Positions 6,389-14,858 of a stretch of DNA of 24,000 nt are shown here, piece after piece (position 1 is the stretch's first letter; each line of letters begins with the position of its first letter). The notes beneath the pieces were generated by a model. It had not been told where the DNA came from, made no database searches, and saw only the letters and a list, made by a program, of their open reading frames with translations. Made by a program: the position numbers and the translations under genes. The stretch comes from Cupriavidus phytorum (GTDB taxonomy: Bacteria > Pseudomonadota > Gammaproteobacteria > Burkholderiales > Burkholderiaceae), in the NCBI RefSeq assembly GCF_003254285.1, contig NZ_QKZN01000006.1, forward strand, positions 140,475-164,474, given 5' to 3'.

Positions 6389-6404
6389 TGGCACGGTCTT
6401 CGCA
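6389..6404 (+). promoter_or_regulatory. Sigma-54 (-24/-12) promoter of the phenol hydroxylase operon
   Basis: TGGCAC-GGTCT-TCGC-A has GG at 6390-6391 and GC at 6402-6403 in the exact consensus register. It lies 37 nt upstream of the dmpK-like ATG and downstream of the TTGATCA-type sites. A cognate sigma-54 activator is encoded immediately upstream. Confidence 0.8.
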
Positions 6405-6440
6405 GTAAGGCCCGCGTCCAGCCACGCCAAGGAGCGCGCC

Positions 6441-6665
6441 ATGACCACCCCGTCCGTCCCGTTGTTCGAAGCCACGCCGCGCTATGTGCGGGTCGAGGGC
6501 CGTACCCCGGAAGGGTTCGTGCAATTCGCCTTCAGCGTGGCCGACCCCGAGCTCAACGTCGAACTGATCATGCCGGAGCCGATGTTCGAAGCCTTCTGCT
6601 GCGTCAACCGCGTGCGCTTCCTGCCCCCGCTGGAAGCCTCATCGCAGCCCGAAGCCGACGACTGA
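6441..6665 (+). CDS. dmpK: Phenol hydroxylase P0 / DmpK-like assembly subunit, 74 aa
   Basis: AAGGAG lies 7 nt before the ATG at 6441. The track ORF from 6300 would run across the promoter. RYVRVEGRTPEGFVQFAFSVADPELNVELIMPEPMFEAFC is the typical DmpK-family ('Phenol_hyd_sub') core. Confidence 0.85.
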   Translation: MTTPSVPLFEATPRYVRVEGRTPEGFVQFAFSVADPELNVELIMPEPMFEAFCCVNRVRFLPPLEASSQPEADD

Positions 6666-6725
6666 CGCGGCTCGTCCACCCGCCGCCACCGCATCACAAA
6701 GAGAAGGGATACAGGAGACCAAGCG

Positions 6726-7721
6726 ATGCAAGTCGATATCAAGACCCAGCAGATCCAGCCGCTGCGCCAGACCTACGGCCATGTCGCGCGCCGTTTCGGC
6801 GACAAGCCGGCGTCGCGCTACCAGGAGGCGACCTACGACGTGCAGTCGGAGGTGAACTTCCACTACCGCCCCACCTGGGACCCCGGCTTTGAACTGTACG
6901 ACAAGCGCCGCACCGCGATCGTGATGCAGGACTGGTATGCGCTGAAGGACCCGCGCCAGTTTTACTACGGCGCCTACGTGACCGCGCGCGGGCGCCAGCA
7001 GGACGCCGCCGAGAAGAGCTTTGCCTTCGTCGAGAAGCGCGGCCTGCTGCAGGCGCTGCCGGGCGAATGGCAGGAGCGCCTGGCCACGGGCCTGCTGCCG
7101 CTGCGTCATGTGGAGTGGGGCGCCAACATGAACAACTTCTATTGCGCCGACTACGGCTGGGGCACGGCGATCACGCAGGCCTGCACCTATTGCGCCATGG
7201 ATCGCCTGGGCATCGCCCAGTACCTGTCGCGCATCGGCATGCTGCTCGACGGCAATACCGGCGTCGCGCTGGAGCGGGCCAGGGTGGCCTGGCTGGAGGG
7301 CGCCGCGTGGCAGCCGCTGCGCCGCTTTGTCGAACACACCTTTGTCACCGCGGACTGGTTCGAGACCTTCGTGGTCCAGAACCTGGTGCTCGACGGGCTG
7401 CTCTACCCGCTGGTCTACCAGCACGCCGATGCGGTCATCGCGCGCGCCTGCGGCACCGGGCTGGCGGTGCTGACCGAGTTCATGAACGACTGGCGCGACG
7501 AGCATGCGCGCTGGGTCGACGCCGTGGTCCAGGCCGCCGCGGCCGAGTCCGATGCCAACCGCATGCTGCTGTCCGGCTGGGCGCATGCCGCCGCCGCGCA
7601 GGTGGCCGAAGCGCTGGTGCCGGTCGCCAACGCACTGACCGGCGCCGATGGCGCGCAGATGGTCGCGCTGTGCCGCGAGCAGCTTGAAGTGCGCCTGAGC
7701 AAGCTCGGCCTTGCCGCCTGA
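6726..7721 (+). CDS. dmpL: Phenol hydroxylase P1 (beta, DmpL-like) subunit, 331 aa
   Basis: AGGAGA Shine-Dalgarno. YQEATYDVQSEVNFHYRPTWDP...WYALKDPRQFYYGAYV is characteristic of the non-catalytic beta subunit of group-1 soluble diiron monooxygenases. It occupies the second position of the operon. Confidence 0.92.
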   Translation: MQVDIKTQQIQPLRQTYGHVARRFGDKPASRYQEATYDVQSEVNFHYRPTWDPGFELYDKRRTAIVMQDWYALKDPRQFYYGAYVTARGRQQDAAEKSFAFVEKRGLLQALPGEWQERLATGLLPLRHVEWGANMNNFYCADYGWGTAITQACTYCAMDRLGIAQYLSRIGMLLDGNTGVALERARVAWLEGAAWQPLRRFVEHTFVTADWFETFVVQNLVLDGLLYPLVYQHADAVIARACGTGLAVLTEFMNDWRDEHARWVDAVVQAAAAESDANRMLLSGWAHAAAAQVAEALVPVANALTGADGAQMVALCREQLEVRLSKLGLAA

Positions 7722-7745
7722 CCCATGGACCCTCGGAGCCCACCC

Positions 7746-8024
7746 ATGACCGCCGCCGCCAACGTCTACATCGCCCTGCAGAACAACGACGACACCCGTC
7801 CCATCATCGACGCCATTACCGAAGCCAACCCGCATGCGGTGGTGTCGCAGTTTCCCGCCATGGTCAAGATCGATGCGCCCGGACAACTGACCATCGTGCG
7901 CGAGCTGGTGGCCGGCAAGCTCGGCCGCGACTGGGACCTGCAGGAGATCCACCTGAACCTGATCTCGCTGTGCGGAAACATCGACGAGGACGAAGACGCC
8001 TTCACGCTGCGCTGGAACGCCTGA
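7746..8024 (+). CDS. dmpM: Phenol hydroxylase P2 (DmpM/MmoB-family effector protein), 92 aa
   Basis: NVYIALQNNDDTRPIIDAI...VKIDAPGQLTIVRELV...LCGNIDEDEDAFTLRW is MmoB/DmpM-like. I prefer the ATG at 7746 (GGAG 7 nt upstream; product about the 90 aa of DmpM) to the in-frame ATG at 7725. Confidence 0.88.
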   Translation: MTAAANVYIALQNNDDTRPIIDAITEANPHAVVSQFPAMVKIDAPGQLTIVRELVAGKLGRDWDLQEIHLNLISLCGNIDEDEDAFTLRWNA

Positions 8025-8059
8025 CCGCGCCGCGGCATCGCAAACATCACGGAGACATC

Positions 8060-9571
8060 ATGGACGCACGCAAGAAGCTCAACCTGCGCGAGAAGTACGC
8101 CTCGATGACGCGGGACCTGGCCTGGGAAACGACCTACGAGCCGATGGACAAGGTCTTCCCCTTCGACAAGTACGAGGGCATCCGCATCCACGACTGGGAC
8201 AAGTGGGAAGACCCGTTCCGCATGACCATGGATGCCTACTGGAAATACCAGTCCGAGAAAGAACGCAAGCTGTACGCGATCATCGATTCGTTCGTGCAGA
8301 ACAACGGCCACCTCAACGTATCCGACCCGCGCTACCTGAACGCGTTGCGGCTGTTCCTGACCGGCGTGACGCCGCTGGAATACGCCGCGCATCGCGGCTA
8401 CGCGCATCTGGGCCGGCATTTCCGCGGCGCCGGCGCACGCGTGGCGGCGCAGATGCAGTCGATCGACGAGCTGCGCCACGCCCAGACCCAGCTGCACACG
8501 CTGTCGGTCTACAACAAGTACTTCCACGGTTTTGGCGAGTGGCGCCACATGCACGACCGGGTCTGGTACCTGTCGGTGCCCAAGTCCTACTTCGAGGATG
8601 CGATGAGCGCGGGGCCGTTCGAGTTCATCACCGCGATCTCGTTCTCGTTCGAGTACGTGCTGACCAACCTGCTGTTCATGCCGTTCATGTCCGGCGCGGC
8701 CTACAACGGCGACATGGCCACGGTGACCTTCGGCTTCTCGGCGCAGTCGGACGAGTCGCGCCACATGACGCTGGGACTGGAGGTGGTCAAGTTCCTGTGC
8801 GAGCAGGATCCCGGCAACATCCCGATCCTGCAGAAGTGGCTGGACAAGTGGTTCTGGCGCGGCTTCCGCCTGCTGACGCTGGTCGGGATGATGATGGACT
8901 ACATGCTGCCCAAGCGCGTGATGTCGTGGGCCGAAGCGTGGGAGATGTACTTCGAGCAGGCGGGCGGGGCACTGTTCAAGGACCTGGAGCGCTACGGCCT
9001 GCGCATGCCCAAGTACCACGACGTGGCTACCCGCACCAAGGACCGCATCACGCACGAGGCCTGGGCCACGTTCTACAACTATGCGGGTGCCGCCGCCTTC
9101 CATACCTGGGTGCCCAGGGCCGACGAGATGGCATGGCTGGCCGAGAAATACCCGCAGACCTTCGAGCGCTACTACAAGCCGCGCCTGGAGCACTGGCAGG
9201 CGCGGCAGCAGGCCGGCGAGCGCTTCTACAACGCCACGCTGCCGATGCTGTGCCAGACCTGCCAGATCCCGATGGTGTTCTCGGAGCCGGACGACCCGAC
9301 CCAGACCTGCTACCGCGAAAGCAGCTACCACGGCATGAAGTTCCACTTCTGCTCGGACGGCTGCAAGGACATCTTCGACGACGAGCCCGCCAAGTACGCG
9401 CAGGCGTGGCTGCCGGTGCACCAGATCTACCAGGGCAACTGCGGTGGCGCCACGCTGGACGACGTGCTCGCGTGGTACCGGCTGAACCCGGGCGCGGACA
9501 ACCTGGACTTCGAGGGCTCGGAGGACCAGCGCAACTGGAATGCCTGGAAGGGCATCGCGCCGGCCGCCTGA
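8060..9571 (+). CDS. dmpN: Phenol hydroxylase P3 (alpha, diiron catalytic, DmpN-like) subunit, 503 aa
   Basis: GGAGA lies 4 nt before the ATG at 8060. The track ORF from 7970 overlaps dmpM. The two carboxylate-bridged diiron motifs are present: QSIDELRHAQ and AQSDESRHM (E...EXXH twice). The C-terminal Cys-rich LCQTCQIP...HFCSDGCKDIF domain is typical of phenol hydroxylase alpha subunits. Confidence 0.95.
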   Translation: MDARKKLNLREKYASMTRDLAWETTYEPMDKVFPFDKYEGIRIHDWDKWEDPFRMTMDAYWKYQSEKERKLYAIIDSFVQNNGHLNVSDPRYLNALRLFLTGVTPLEYAAHRGYAHLGRHFRGAGARVAAQMQSIDELRHAQTQLHTLSVYNKYFHGFGEWRHMHDRVWYLSVPKSYFEDAMSAGPFEFITAISFSFEYVLTNLLFMPFMSGAAYNGDMATVTFGFSAQSDESRHMTLGLEVVKFLCEQDPGNIPILQKWLDKWFWRGFRLLTLVGMMMDYMLPKRVMSWAEAWEMYFEQAGGALFKDLERYGLRMPKYHDVATRTKDRITHEAWATFYNYAGAAAFHTWVPRADEMAWLAEKYPQTFERYYKPRLEHWQARQQAGERFYNATLPMLCQTCQIPMVFSEPDDPTQTCYRESSYHGMKFHFCSDGCKDIFDDEPAKYAQAWLPVHQIYQGNCGGATLDDVLAWYRLNPGADNLDFEGSEDQRNWNAWKGIAPAA

Positions 9572-9601
9572 GCGCTCGCATAACAAGATAAGGAGACAAC
9601 C

Positions 9602-9961
9602 ATGCCCGTCGTATCCATTGGCGACTACACCTTCGCGCCCGCCGATCGCGAAGATGCGTTCCACGGCAACCGCCTGCTCTATATCGGCTGGGACGGCCAC
9701 TTGCTGTTCTGCGCCCCGCATTGCTTCCCGTTCGCGCCGTCGATGCCGCTGCGCGACGTGGTGGAGCAGGTGCTGCCCGGCGTCTACGGCTATCACCCCG
9801 ACTTTGCCCGCATCGACTGGGGCCTGGTGCAGTGGCTGCGCGGTGGCCAGCCCTGGCAGCCGGACCTGGACCGCACGCTGGAGCAGAACGGACTGGGGCA
9901 CAAGGACGTGATCCGCTTCCGCACGCCGGGGCTGGACGGCATCGGCGGCAGCGGCAGCTGA
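9602..9961 (+). CDS. dmpO: Phenol hydroxylase P4 (gamma, DmpO-like) subunit, 119 aa
   Basis: AAGGAGA Shine-Dalgarno. Its size, its position after the alpha subunit, and the sequence FHGNRLLYIGWDGHLLFCAP...GYHPDFARIDW fit the DmpO family. Confidence 0.88.
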   Translation: MPVVSIGDYTFAPADREDAFHGNRLLYIGWDGHLLFCAPHCFPFAPSMPLRDVVEQVLPGVYGYHPDFARIDWGLVQWLRGGQPWQPDLDRTLEQNGLGHKDVIRFRTPGLDGIGGSGS

Positions 9962-9992
9962 GGCGCCACGGTTCGTACGCAAGGAGACCGAG

Positions 9993-11060
9993 ATGTATTC
10001 GCTGACGATTGAACCGATCGGCCAGACCATTCCCATCGCGCCGGGGCAGACCGTGCTGGACGCCTGCCTGCGCAACGGCGTGTGGCTGCCGCACGCGTGC
10101 TGTCACGGGCTGTGCGCCACCTGCAAGGTGCAGGTGGTGGACGGCGAGGTCGAGCAGGGCGGCGCTTCCGCCTTCGCGCTGATGGATTTCGAGCGCGACA
10201 ACGGCCAGTGCCTGGCCTGTTGCGCGACCGCGCAGTCAGACCTGGTGATCGAGGCCGATATCGAGGAAGACGCCGATGCGCTGGGCCTGCCGCTGGCCGA
10301 CTATCGCGCCGAAGTGGTCGAGACGCGCGCGCTGACCCCCACCATCCTGGGCATCTGGCTGCGCGTCAGGGACGGCCGGCGCGCGGCCTTCCAGGCCGGG
10401 CAGTATGTCAACCTGCAGGTGCCGGGCTGCGACCAGCCGCGCGCCTTCTCGCTGGCCAACGCGCCCGGGGACGAGCTGGTCGAGCTGCACGTGCGGCGCG
10501 TGCCCGACGGGCAGGCCACCGGCTACCTGCACGAACGGCTGGCGGTCGGCGACGAACTGTCATTCTCCGCGCCCTATGGCCGCTTCTTCGTGCGCAAGTC
10601 GGCGCAGGTGCCGATGCTGTTCCTGGCGGGCGGCTCCGGCCTGTCCAGCCCGCGCGCGATGATCCTGGACCTGCTGGCTGCCGGCGAGACCCTGCCGATC
10701 ACGCTGGTGCAGGGCGCGCGCAACCGCGCCGAACTGTACTACGACGACGAATTCCATGCGCTGGCCCGGGCCCATCCCAACTTCCGCTATGTGCCGGCGC
10801 TGTCCGACGAACCCGCCGGCAGCGGCTGGAGCGGCGCGCGCGGTTACGTCCACGACGTGCTGTACCAGCTCTACGCAAAGGACGGCAGCGCCGACTTCCG
10901 CGGACACAAGGCCTACCTGTGCGGGCCGCCGCCGATGATCGAAGCCTGCATCCGCACGCTGATGCAGGGCCGGCTGTTCGAGGCGGATATCCATACCGAG
11001 AAATTCCTGTCGGCGGCCGACGCGCACAACAGCGCGCGCAGCCCGCTGTTCAGGATCTGA
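9993..11060 (+). CDS. dmpP: Phenol hydroxylase P5 (DmpP-like NAD(P)H oxidoreductase with an N-terminal plant-type [2Fe-2S] domain), 355 aa
   Basis: AAGGAGA Shine-Dalgarno. The [2Fe-2S] motif is CCHGLCATCKVQV...CLACC. The FNR-like flavin/NAD modules are RAFSLAN and MLFLAGGSGLSSPRAM...YLCGPPPM. Confidence 0.93.
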   Translation: MYSLTIEPIGQTIPIAPGQTVLDACLRNGVWLPHACCHGLCATCKVQVVDGEVEQGGASAFALMDFERDNGQCLACCATAQSDLVIEADIEEDADALGLPLADYRAEVVETRALTPTILGIWLRVRDGRRAAFQAGQYVNLQVPGCDQPRAFSLANAPGDELVELHVRRVPDGQATGYLHERLAVGDELSFSAPYGRFFVRKSAQVPMLFLAGGSGLSSPRAMILDLLAAGETLPITLVQGARNRAELYYDDEFHALARAHPNFRYVPALSDEPAGSGWSGARGYVHDVLYQLYAKDGSADFRGHKAYLCGPPPMIEACIRTLMQGRLFEADIHTEKFLSAADAHNSARSPLFRI

Positions 11061-11075
11061 GCGGGGAGGCCATGC

Positions 11076-11399
11076 ATGCATACCGTAGAAATCGCCGGCA
11101 GCGGCCAGCGCTACGCCTGCGCGCCGGAGCAGAACTTGCTACGTGCCATGGAAGTGCTGGGCCAGCGTGGCATTCCCGCCGGCTGCCGCGGTGGCGGCTG
11201 CGGCGTGTGCAAGGTGCGAATTGAGGCCGGGCAGTACCACGTCGGCAAGATGAGCCGGGCCTGCCTGACCGAGGCCGAGCAGCGCGCGGGGCTGGTGCTC
11301 GCCTGCAAGACTTATCCGGACAGCGATATCCGGCTGCAGCCGGTGGCGCTGCTGCAGCGCTGCCTGGAGCGGCATGCCGGCAAATGCGATCACGCATGA
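11076..11399 (+). CDS. dmpQ: XylT/DmpQ-type plant-type [2Fe-2S] ferredoxin (catechol 2,3-dioxygenase reactivation), 107 aa
   Basis: GGGAGG lies 6 nt before the ATG. GCRGGGCGVCKVRIEAGQY...ACLTEAE...LACKTYP is the XylT-family cysteine pattern. It sits immediately upstream of the extradiol dioxygenase, as in the dmp and xyl operons. Confidence 0.88.
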   Translation: MHTVEIAGSGQRYACAPEQNLLRAMEVLGQRGIPAGCRGGGCGVCKVRIEAGQYHVGKMSRACLTEAEQRAGLVLACKTYPDSDIRLQPVALLQRCLERHAGKCDHA

Positions 11400-11432
11400 C
11401 CAAGCAGTGAAGACACACACGAGGAGACAGAC

Positions 11433-12368
11433 ATGGCATTGACTGGCGTATTGCGCCCGGGGCATGTGGCCCTGCGCGTGCTGGAGCTGGAACCGGCGCT
11501 GAAGCACTATACCGAGGTGCTCGGCCTGATCGAAACCGCGCGCGACGGGCAGGGCCGCGTGTTCCTGAAGGCCTGGGACGAGCACGACCACCACAGCGTG
11601 GTGCTGCGCGAGGCCGACAGCCCGGGCATGGACTACATGGGCTTCCGCGTCGACAGCGGCCACACGCTGGAGCGGCTGGCGCGGGAGGTCGAGCAATCGG
11701 GGCTGGCCACCGCTTGCCAGTGGATACCCGCCGGCGAGCACCCGCACACCGGCGTGCGCTTCCGCTTCACCATCCCGACCGGCCATGCGATAGAGCTGTT
11801 CGCGGACAAGGACAAGCCCGGCTGCAGGACCGGCGACATCAATCCCGATCCCTGGCCGGATGACCTGCGTGGCATGGCGCCGAGCCGCTTCGACCATTGC
11901 CTGCTGTATGGCGATGATGTCGACGGCACCGTCAAGCTGTTCCGTGAGGTGCTTGGCTTCTCGCTGGCGGAGCAGGTGGTGGCGGGGCCGGATGGCGAGA
12001 CGCTGATCGGCGCCTTCCTGACCTGCTCGAACAAGGCCCACGACATCGCGTTTATCCGCCACCCGGAGAAGAACCGCTTCCACCATGCCTCGTTCCTGCT
12101 CGACAACTGGGGCGAGGTGCTGAAGGCGGCCGACATCATCTCCAAGAAGGACGTCTCGCTCGATATCGGTCCCACCCGCCATGGCATCACGCGCGGCGCG
12201 ACGATCTACTTCTTCGACCCCTCCGGCAATCGCAACGAGGTCTTCTCCGGCGGCTATATCCACTATCCGGACAAGCCCACCATCACCTGGACCGACAACG
12301 AGCTGGGGCGCGCGATCTTCTATCACGACAGGAAGCTGAACGAAGCGTTCTTGAATGTACTGACCTGA
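11433..12368 (+). CDS. dmpB: Catechol 2,3-dioxygenase (type I extradiol dioxygenase, XylE/DmpB-like), 311 aa
   Basis: GAGGAGA Shine-Dalgarno. [48 protein letters not shown]...FHHASF and [27 protein letters not shown] are vicinal-oxygen-chelate two-domain motifs. The His/His/Glu iron-ligand context is conserved. Confidence 0.95.
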   Translation: MALTGVLRPGHVALRVLELEPALKHYTEVLGLIETARDGQGRVFLKAWDEHDHHSVVLREADSPGMDYMGFRVDSGHTLERLAREVEQSGLATACQWIPAGEHPHTGVRFRFTIPTGHAIELFADKDKPGCRTGDINPDPWPDDLRGMAPSRFDHCLLYGDDVDGTVKLFREVLGFSLAEQVVAGPDGETLIGAFLTCSNKAHDIAFIRHPEKNRFHHASFLLDNWGEVLKAADIISKKDVSLDIGPTRHGITRGATIYFFDPSGNRNEVFSGGYIHYPDKPTITWTDNELGRAIFYHDRKLNEAFLNVLT

Positions 12369-12396
12369 GCGCGAACGCTGGCCTCCCGCTGGTTTG

Positions 12397-12440
12397 CTCC
12401 CCTCTCCCGCTTGCGGGAGAGGGGCCGGGGGAGAGGGCAG
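12397..12440 (+). repeat. REP-like palindromic element, copy A
   Basis: ctcCCCTCTCCCGC-tt-GCGGGAGAGGGgccgggggagagggcag contains a perfect 12-bp GC-rich hairpin (12399-12424), followed by a GGGGAGAGGG tail. Confidence 0.75.
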
Positions 12441-12470
12441 GCGCTGGCAATGCCGACGGGCTTCGTTGAC

Positions 12471-12518
12471 GCTCCCACCCTCTCCCCAACCCTCTCCCGC
12501 AAGCGGGAGAGGGAGTAC
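12471..12518 (-). repeat. REP-like palindromic element, copy B (inverted relative to copy A)
   Basis: The reverse complement gtactCCCTCTCCCGC-tt-GCGGGAGAGGGttggggagagggtgggagc matches copy A at roughly 85-90% by eye. It has its own hairpin at 12490-12513. Copies A and B are tail-to-tail with a 30-nt spacer, so they could also fold into one long stem-loop. Confidence 0.75.
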
Positions 12519-12575
12519 CCCATCGATAGAGGGAAAGCCGTGCTTGATACACGCCCCCAACACCAGGCAACCAAC

Positions 12576-14030
12576 ATGAAACACTTCAAGAACTTCATCA
12601 ACGGCGAGTGGGTCGGCACCGCACGCACGTTCGAGAACCGCAACCCCGCCGACAACACCCTGATCGGCCACGTGCACGAGGCCGGTCAGGCCGAGGTCGA
12701 CGCCGCCGTGCAGGCAGCGCGCCAAGCGCTGCACGGCCCGTGGGGCCGGATGACCGTGGCGCAGCGAGTCGAGCTGCTGCACGCGGTGGCAGACGGGATC
12801 AACCGGCGCTTCGATGAATTCGTGCAGGCCGAGATTGCCGATACCGGCAAGCCTTTCGGCCTGGCCAGCCATATCGACATCCCGCGCGGCGCGGCTAATT
12901 TCAAGGTCTTTGCCGACCTGATCCGCAACGTGCCGACCGAGAGCTTTGCCATGGACACTCCGGACGGCGGCAAGGCCATCAATTACGCGGTGCGCAGCCC
13001 GCGCGGGGTGATCGGCGTGGTGTGCCCGTGGAACCTGCCGCTGCTGCTGATGACGTGGAAGGTCGGGCCGGCACTGGCCTGCGGCAACACGGTGGTGGTC
13101 AAGCCGTCGGAGGAAACCCCGGCCACCGCGACGCTGCTGGGCGAGGTGATGAACGAAGCCGGCGTGCCGCCGGGTGTCTACAACGTCGTGCATGGCTTTG
13201 GCCCGGATTCGGCCGGGGCGTTCCTGACCTCGCATCCGCAGGTCAACGGTATCACCTTCACCGGCGAAACCCGCACCGGTGAAGCCATCATGAAGGCCGC
13301 GGCAAAGGGCGTGCGGCCGGTATCGTTCGAACTGGGCGGCAAGAACGCCGGCATCGTGTTTGCCGATGCGGACTTCGACCAGGCCGTGGCCGGGATCGCG
13401 CGCTCGGCCTTCGAGAACAGCGGCCAGGTCTGCCTGGGCACCGAGCGCGTCTACGTGCAGCGGCCGGTGTTCGAGCGCTTTGTCGCCGCGCTGAAGGCGA
13501 AGGCGGAAGGGCTGAAACTGGGCCGGCCCACCGAGCCCGGCGTGAACATGGGACCGTTGGTGTCGCATGAGCACCGCGACAAGGTGCTGGCCTACTACCG
13601 CAAGGCCGCCGAGGCCGGCGCCACGGTGGTCACCGGCGGCGGCGTGCCGCAGATGCCGGGCGCGCTCGCCGAAGGCGCCTGGGTGCAGCCCACCATCTGG
13701 ACCGGCCTGCCGGAAAGCGCCGCCGTGATCCGCGAGGAGATCTTCGGGCCGTGCTGCCACATCGCCCCGTTCGACACCGAAGCGGAAGTCATCGCGCTGG
13801 CCAACGACACCCCATACGGCCTCGCTGCCACGGTCTGGACCGGCGACCTCGGCACCGCGCATCGCATGGGTAGCGCGCTGGACGTCGGCATTTGCTGGAT
13901 CAATGCCTGGTTCCTGCGCGACCTGCGTACCGCCTTTGGCGGCGCCAAACAGTCGGGCATCGGCCGCGAGGGCGGTGTCCATTCGCTCGAGTTCTATACC
14001 GAGCTGCGCAATGTCTGCGTCCGCCTGTGA
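12576..14030 (+). CDS. dmpC: 2-Hydroxymuconic semialdehyde dehydrogenase (XylG/DmpC-like NAD+ aldehyde dehydrogenase), 484 aa
   Basis: The ATG at 12576 gives MKHFKNFINGEWV..., a typical XylG/DmpC N-terminus. The track ORF from 12411 would translate the REP elements. ALDH motifs are VCPWNLPLLL, FELGGKNA (catalytic Glu), ENSGQVCLGTERVYV (catalytic Cys) and EEIFGPC. Confidence 0.93.
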   Translation: MKHFKNFINGEWVGTARTFENRNPADNTLIGHVHEAGQAEVDAAVQAARQALHGPWGRMTVAQRVELLHAVADGINRRFDEFVQAEIADTGKPFGLASHIDIPRGAANFKVFADLIRNVPTESFAMDTPDGGKAINYAVRSPRGVIGVVCPWNLPLLLMTWKVGPALACGNTVVVKPSEETPATATLLGEVMNEAGVPPGVYNVVHGFGPDSAGAFLTSHPQVNGITFTGETRTGEAIMKAAAKGVRPVSFELGGKNAGIVFADADFDQAVAGIARSAFENSGQVCLGTERVYVQRPVFERFVAALKAKAEGLKLGRPTEPGVNMGPLVSHEHRDKVLAYYRKAAEAGATVVTGGGVPQMPGALAEGAWVQPTIWTGLPESAAVIREEIFGPCCHIAPFDTEAEVIALANDTPYGLAATVWTGDLGTAHRMGSALDVGICWINAWFLRDLRTAFGGAKQSGIGREGGVHSLEFYTELRNVCVRL

Positions 14031-14039
14031 GATCCCATC

Positions 14040-14822
14040 ATGCATAGCGAACTTATCCTCGAGCTCGGCGCTGGCCTGCACCGGGCCCTTGCCACGCGCC
14101 GCCCGCTGGCGCCACTGACCGAATCCTGGCCGGACCTGACCATCGACGATGCCTACCGCATCCAGCTGGCAATGGTGCAGCACCGGCTCGAGGCCGGCGA
14201 ACGCGTGGTCGGCAAGAAGATCGGCGTGACCAGCCGCGTGGTGATGGACATGCTGGACGTGCGCCAGCCCGATTTTGGTCATCTGCTGTCGGGCATGGTC
14301 CATGCCGACGGCGCGGCGATTCCCGCCGCTACGCTGATTGCGCCCAAGGCCGAAGGCGAGATTGCCTTCGTGCTGAAGGAAGACCTGCAAGGGCCCGGCG
14401 TGACCAATGCCGACGTGCTGCGCGCCACCGCCTGGGTGCTGCCTTGCTTCGAGATCGTCGATTCGCGCATCCGCGACTGGAACATCCGGATCCAGGACAC
14501 GGTGGCGGACAACGCCTCGTCAGGCGTGTTCGTGCTGGGCGACGCTGCGGTGGATCCGCGCAACGTCGACCTGGCCACGGTCGGCATGACGCTGGAGAAG
14601 AACGGCGAGATCGTCGCCACCGGCGCCGGCGCGGCCGCGCTGGGGCATCCGGTCAATGCGGTGGCGTGGCTGGCCAATACGCTGGGGCGTCTGGGCATCG
14701 GGCTGAAGCGCGGTGAAGTGATCTTGTCCGGATCGCTCGCTGCGATGGTGCCCGTCGCCGCCGGCGACCAGCTGCGCATCAGCCTGGGCGGCATCGGCTC
14801 GGCCGGGGTGCGCTTTGTCTGA
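14040..14822 (+). CDS. dmpE: 2-Oxopent-4-enoate (2-hydroxypent-2,4-dienoate) hydratase (XylJ/DmpE-like), 260 aa
   Basis: GERVVGKKIGVTSRVVMDMLDVRQPDFGHL...AEGEIAFVLKEDLQGPGVTNADVL...IQDTVADNASSGVFVLGD...VAWLANTLGRLGIGLKRGEVILSGSL is near-colinear with DmpE as I recall it. It starts 9 nt after the dmpC-like stop. Confidence 0.9.
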   Translation: MHSELILELGAGLHRALATRRPLAPLTESWPDLTIDDAYRIQLAMVQHRLEAGERVVGKKIGVTSRVVMDMLDVRQPDFGHLLSGMVHADGAAIPAATLIAPKAEGEIAFVLKEDLQGPGVTNADVLRATAWVLPCFEIVDSRIRDWNIRIQDTVADNASSGVFVLGDAAVDPRNVDLATVGMTLEKNGEIVATGAGAAALGHPVNAVAWLANTLGRLGIGLKRGEVILSGSLAAMVPVAAGDQLRISLGGIGSAGVRFV

Positions 14823-14858
14823 CCGCCCGTCATTCACCAATCCAGCGGAAAACCAGCC

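Noticed and set aside
7766-10075. A 769-aa minus-strand ORF opposite the phenol hydroxylase alpha, gamma and effector genes. Similar long antisense or off-frame ORFs occur at 4321-5841, 6639-7952, 3160-3885, 15608-16900, 16765-17991, 17615-18751, 18824-19837 and 21356-23011 (+).
   Set aside because: The reasoning is the same. Each overlaps a confidently identified gene on the other strand or frame, has an Arg/Ala/Gly/Pro-biased composition, and lacks motifs and ribosome-binding sites.
11139-14390. A very long (1083 aa) minus-strand ORF spanning the ferredoxin, C23O, REP spacer and dehydrogenase region.
   Set aside because: It lies antisense to four strongly supported plus-strand genes with clear family motifs and Shine-Dalgarno sites. 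The translation is low-complexity (Ala/Gly/Arg/His/Asp rich) with no recognisable domain, and it reads straight through the REP palindromes. This is the classic stop-codon-poor antisense frame of high-GC DNA.
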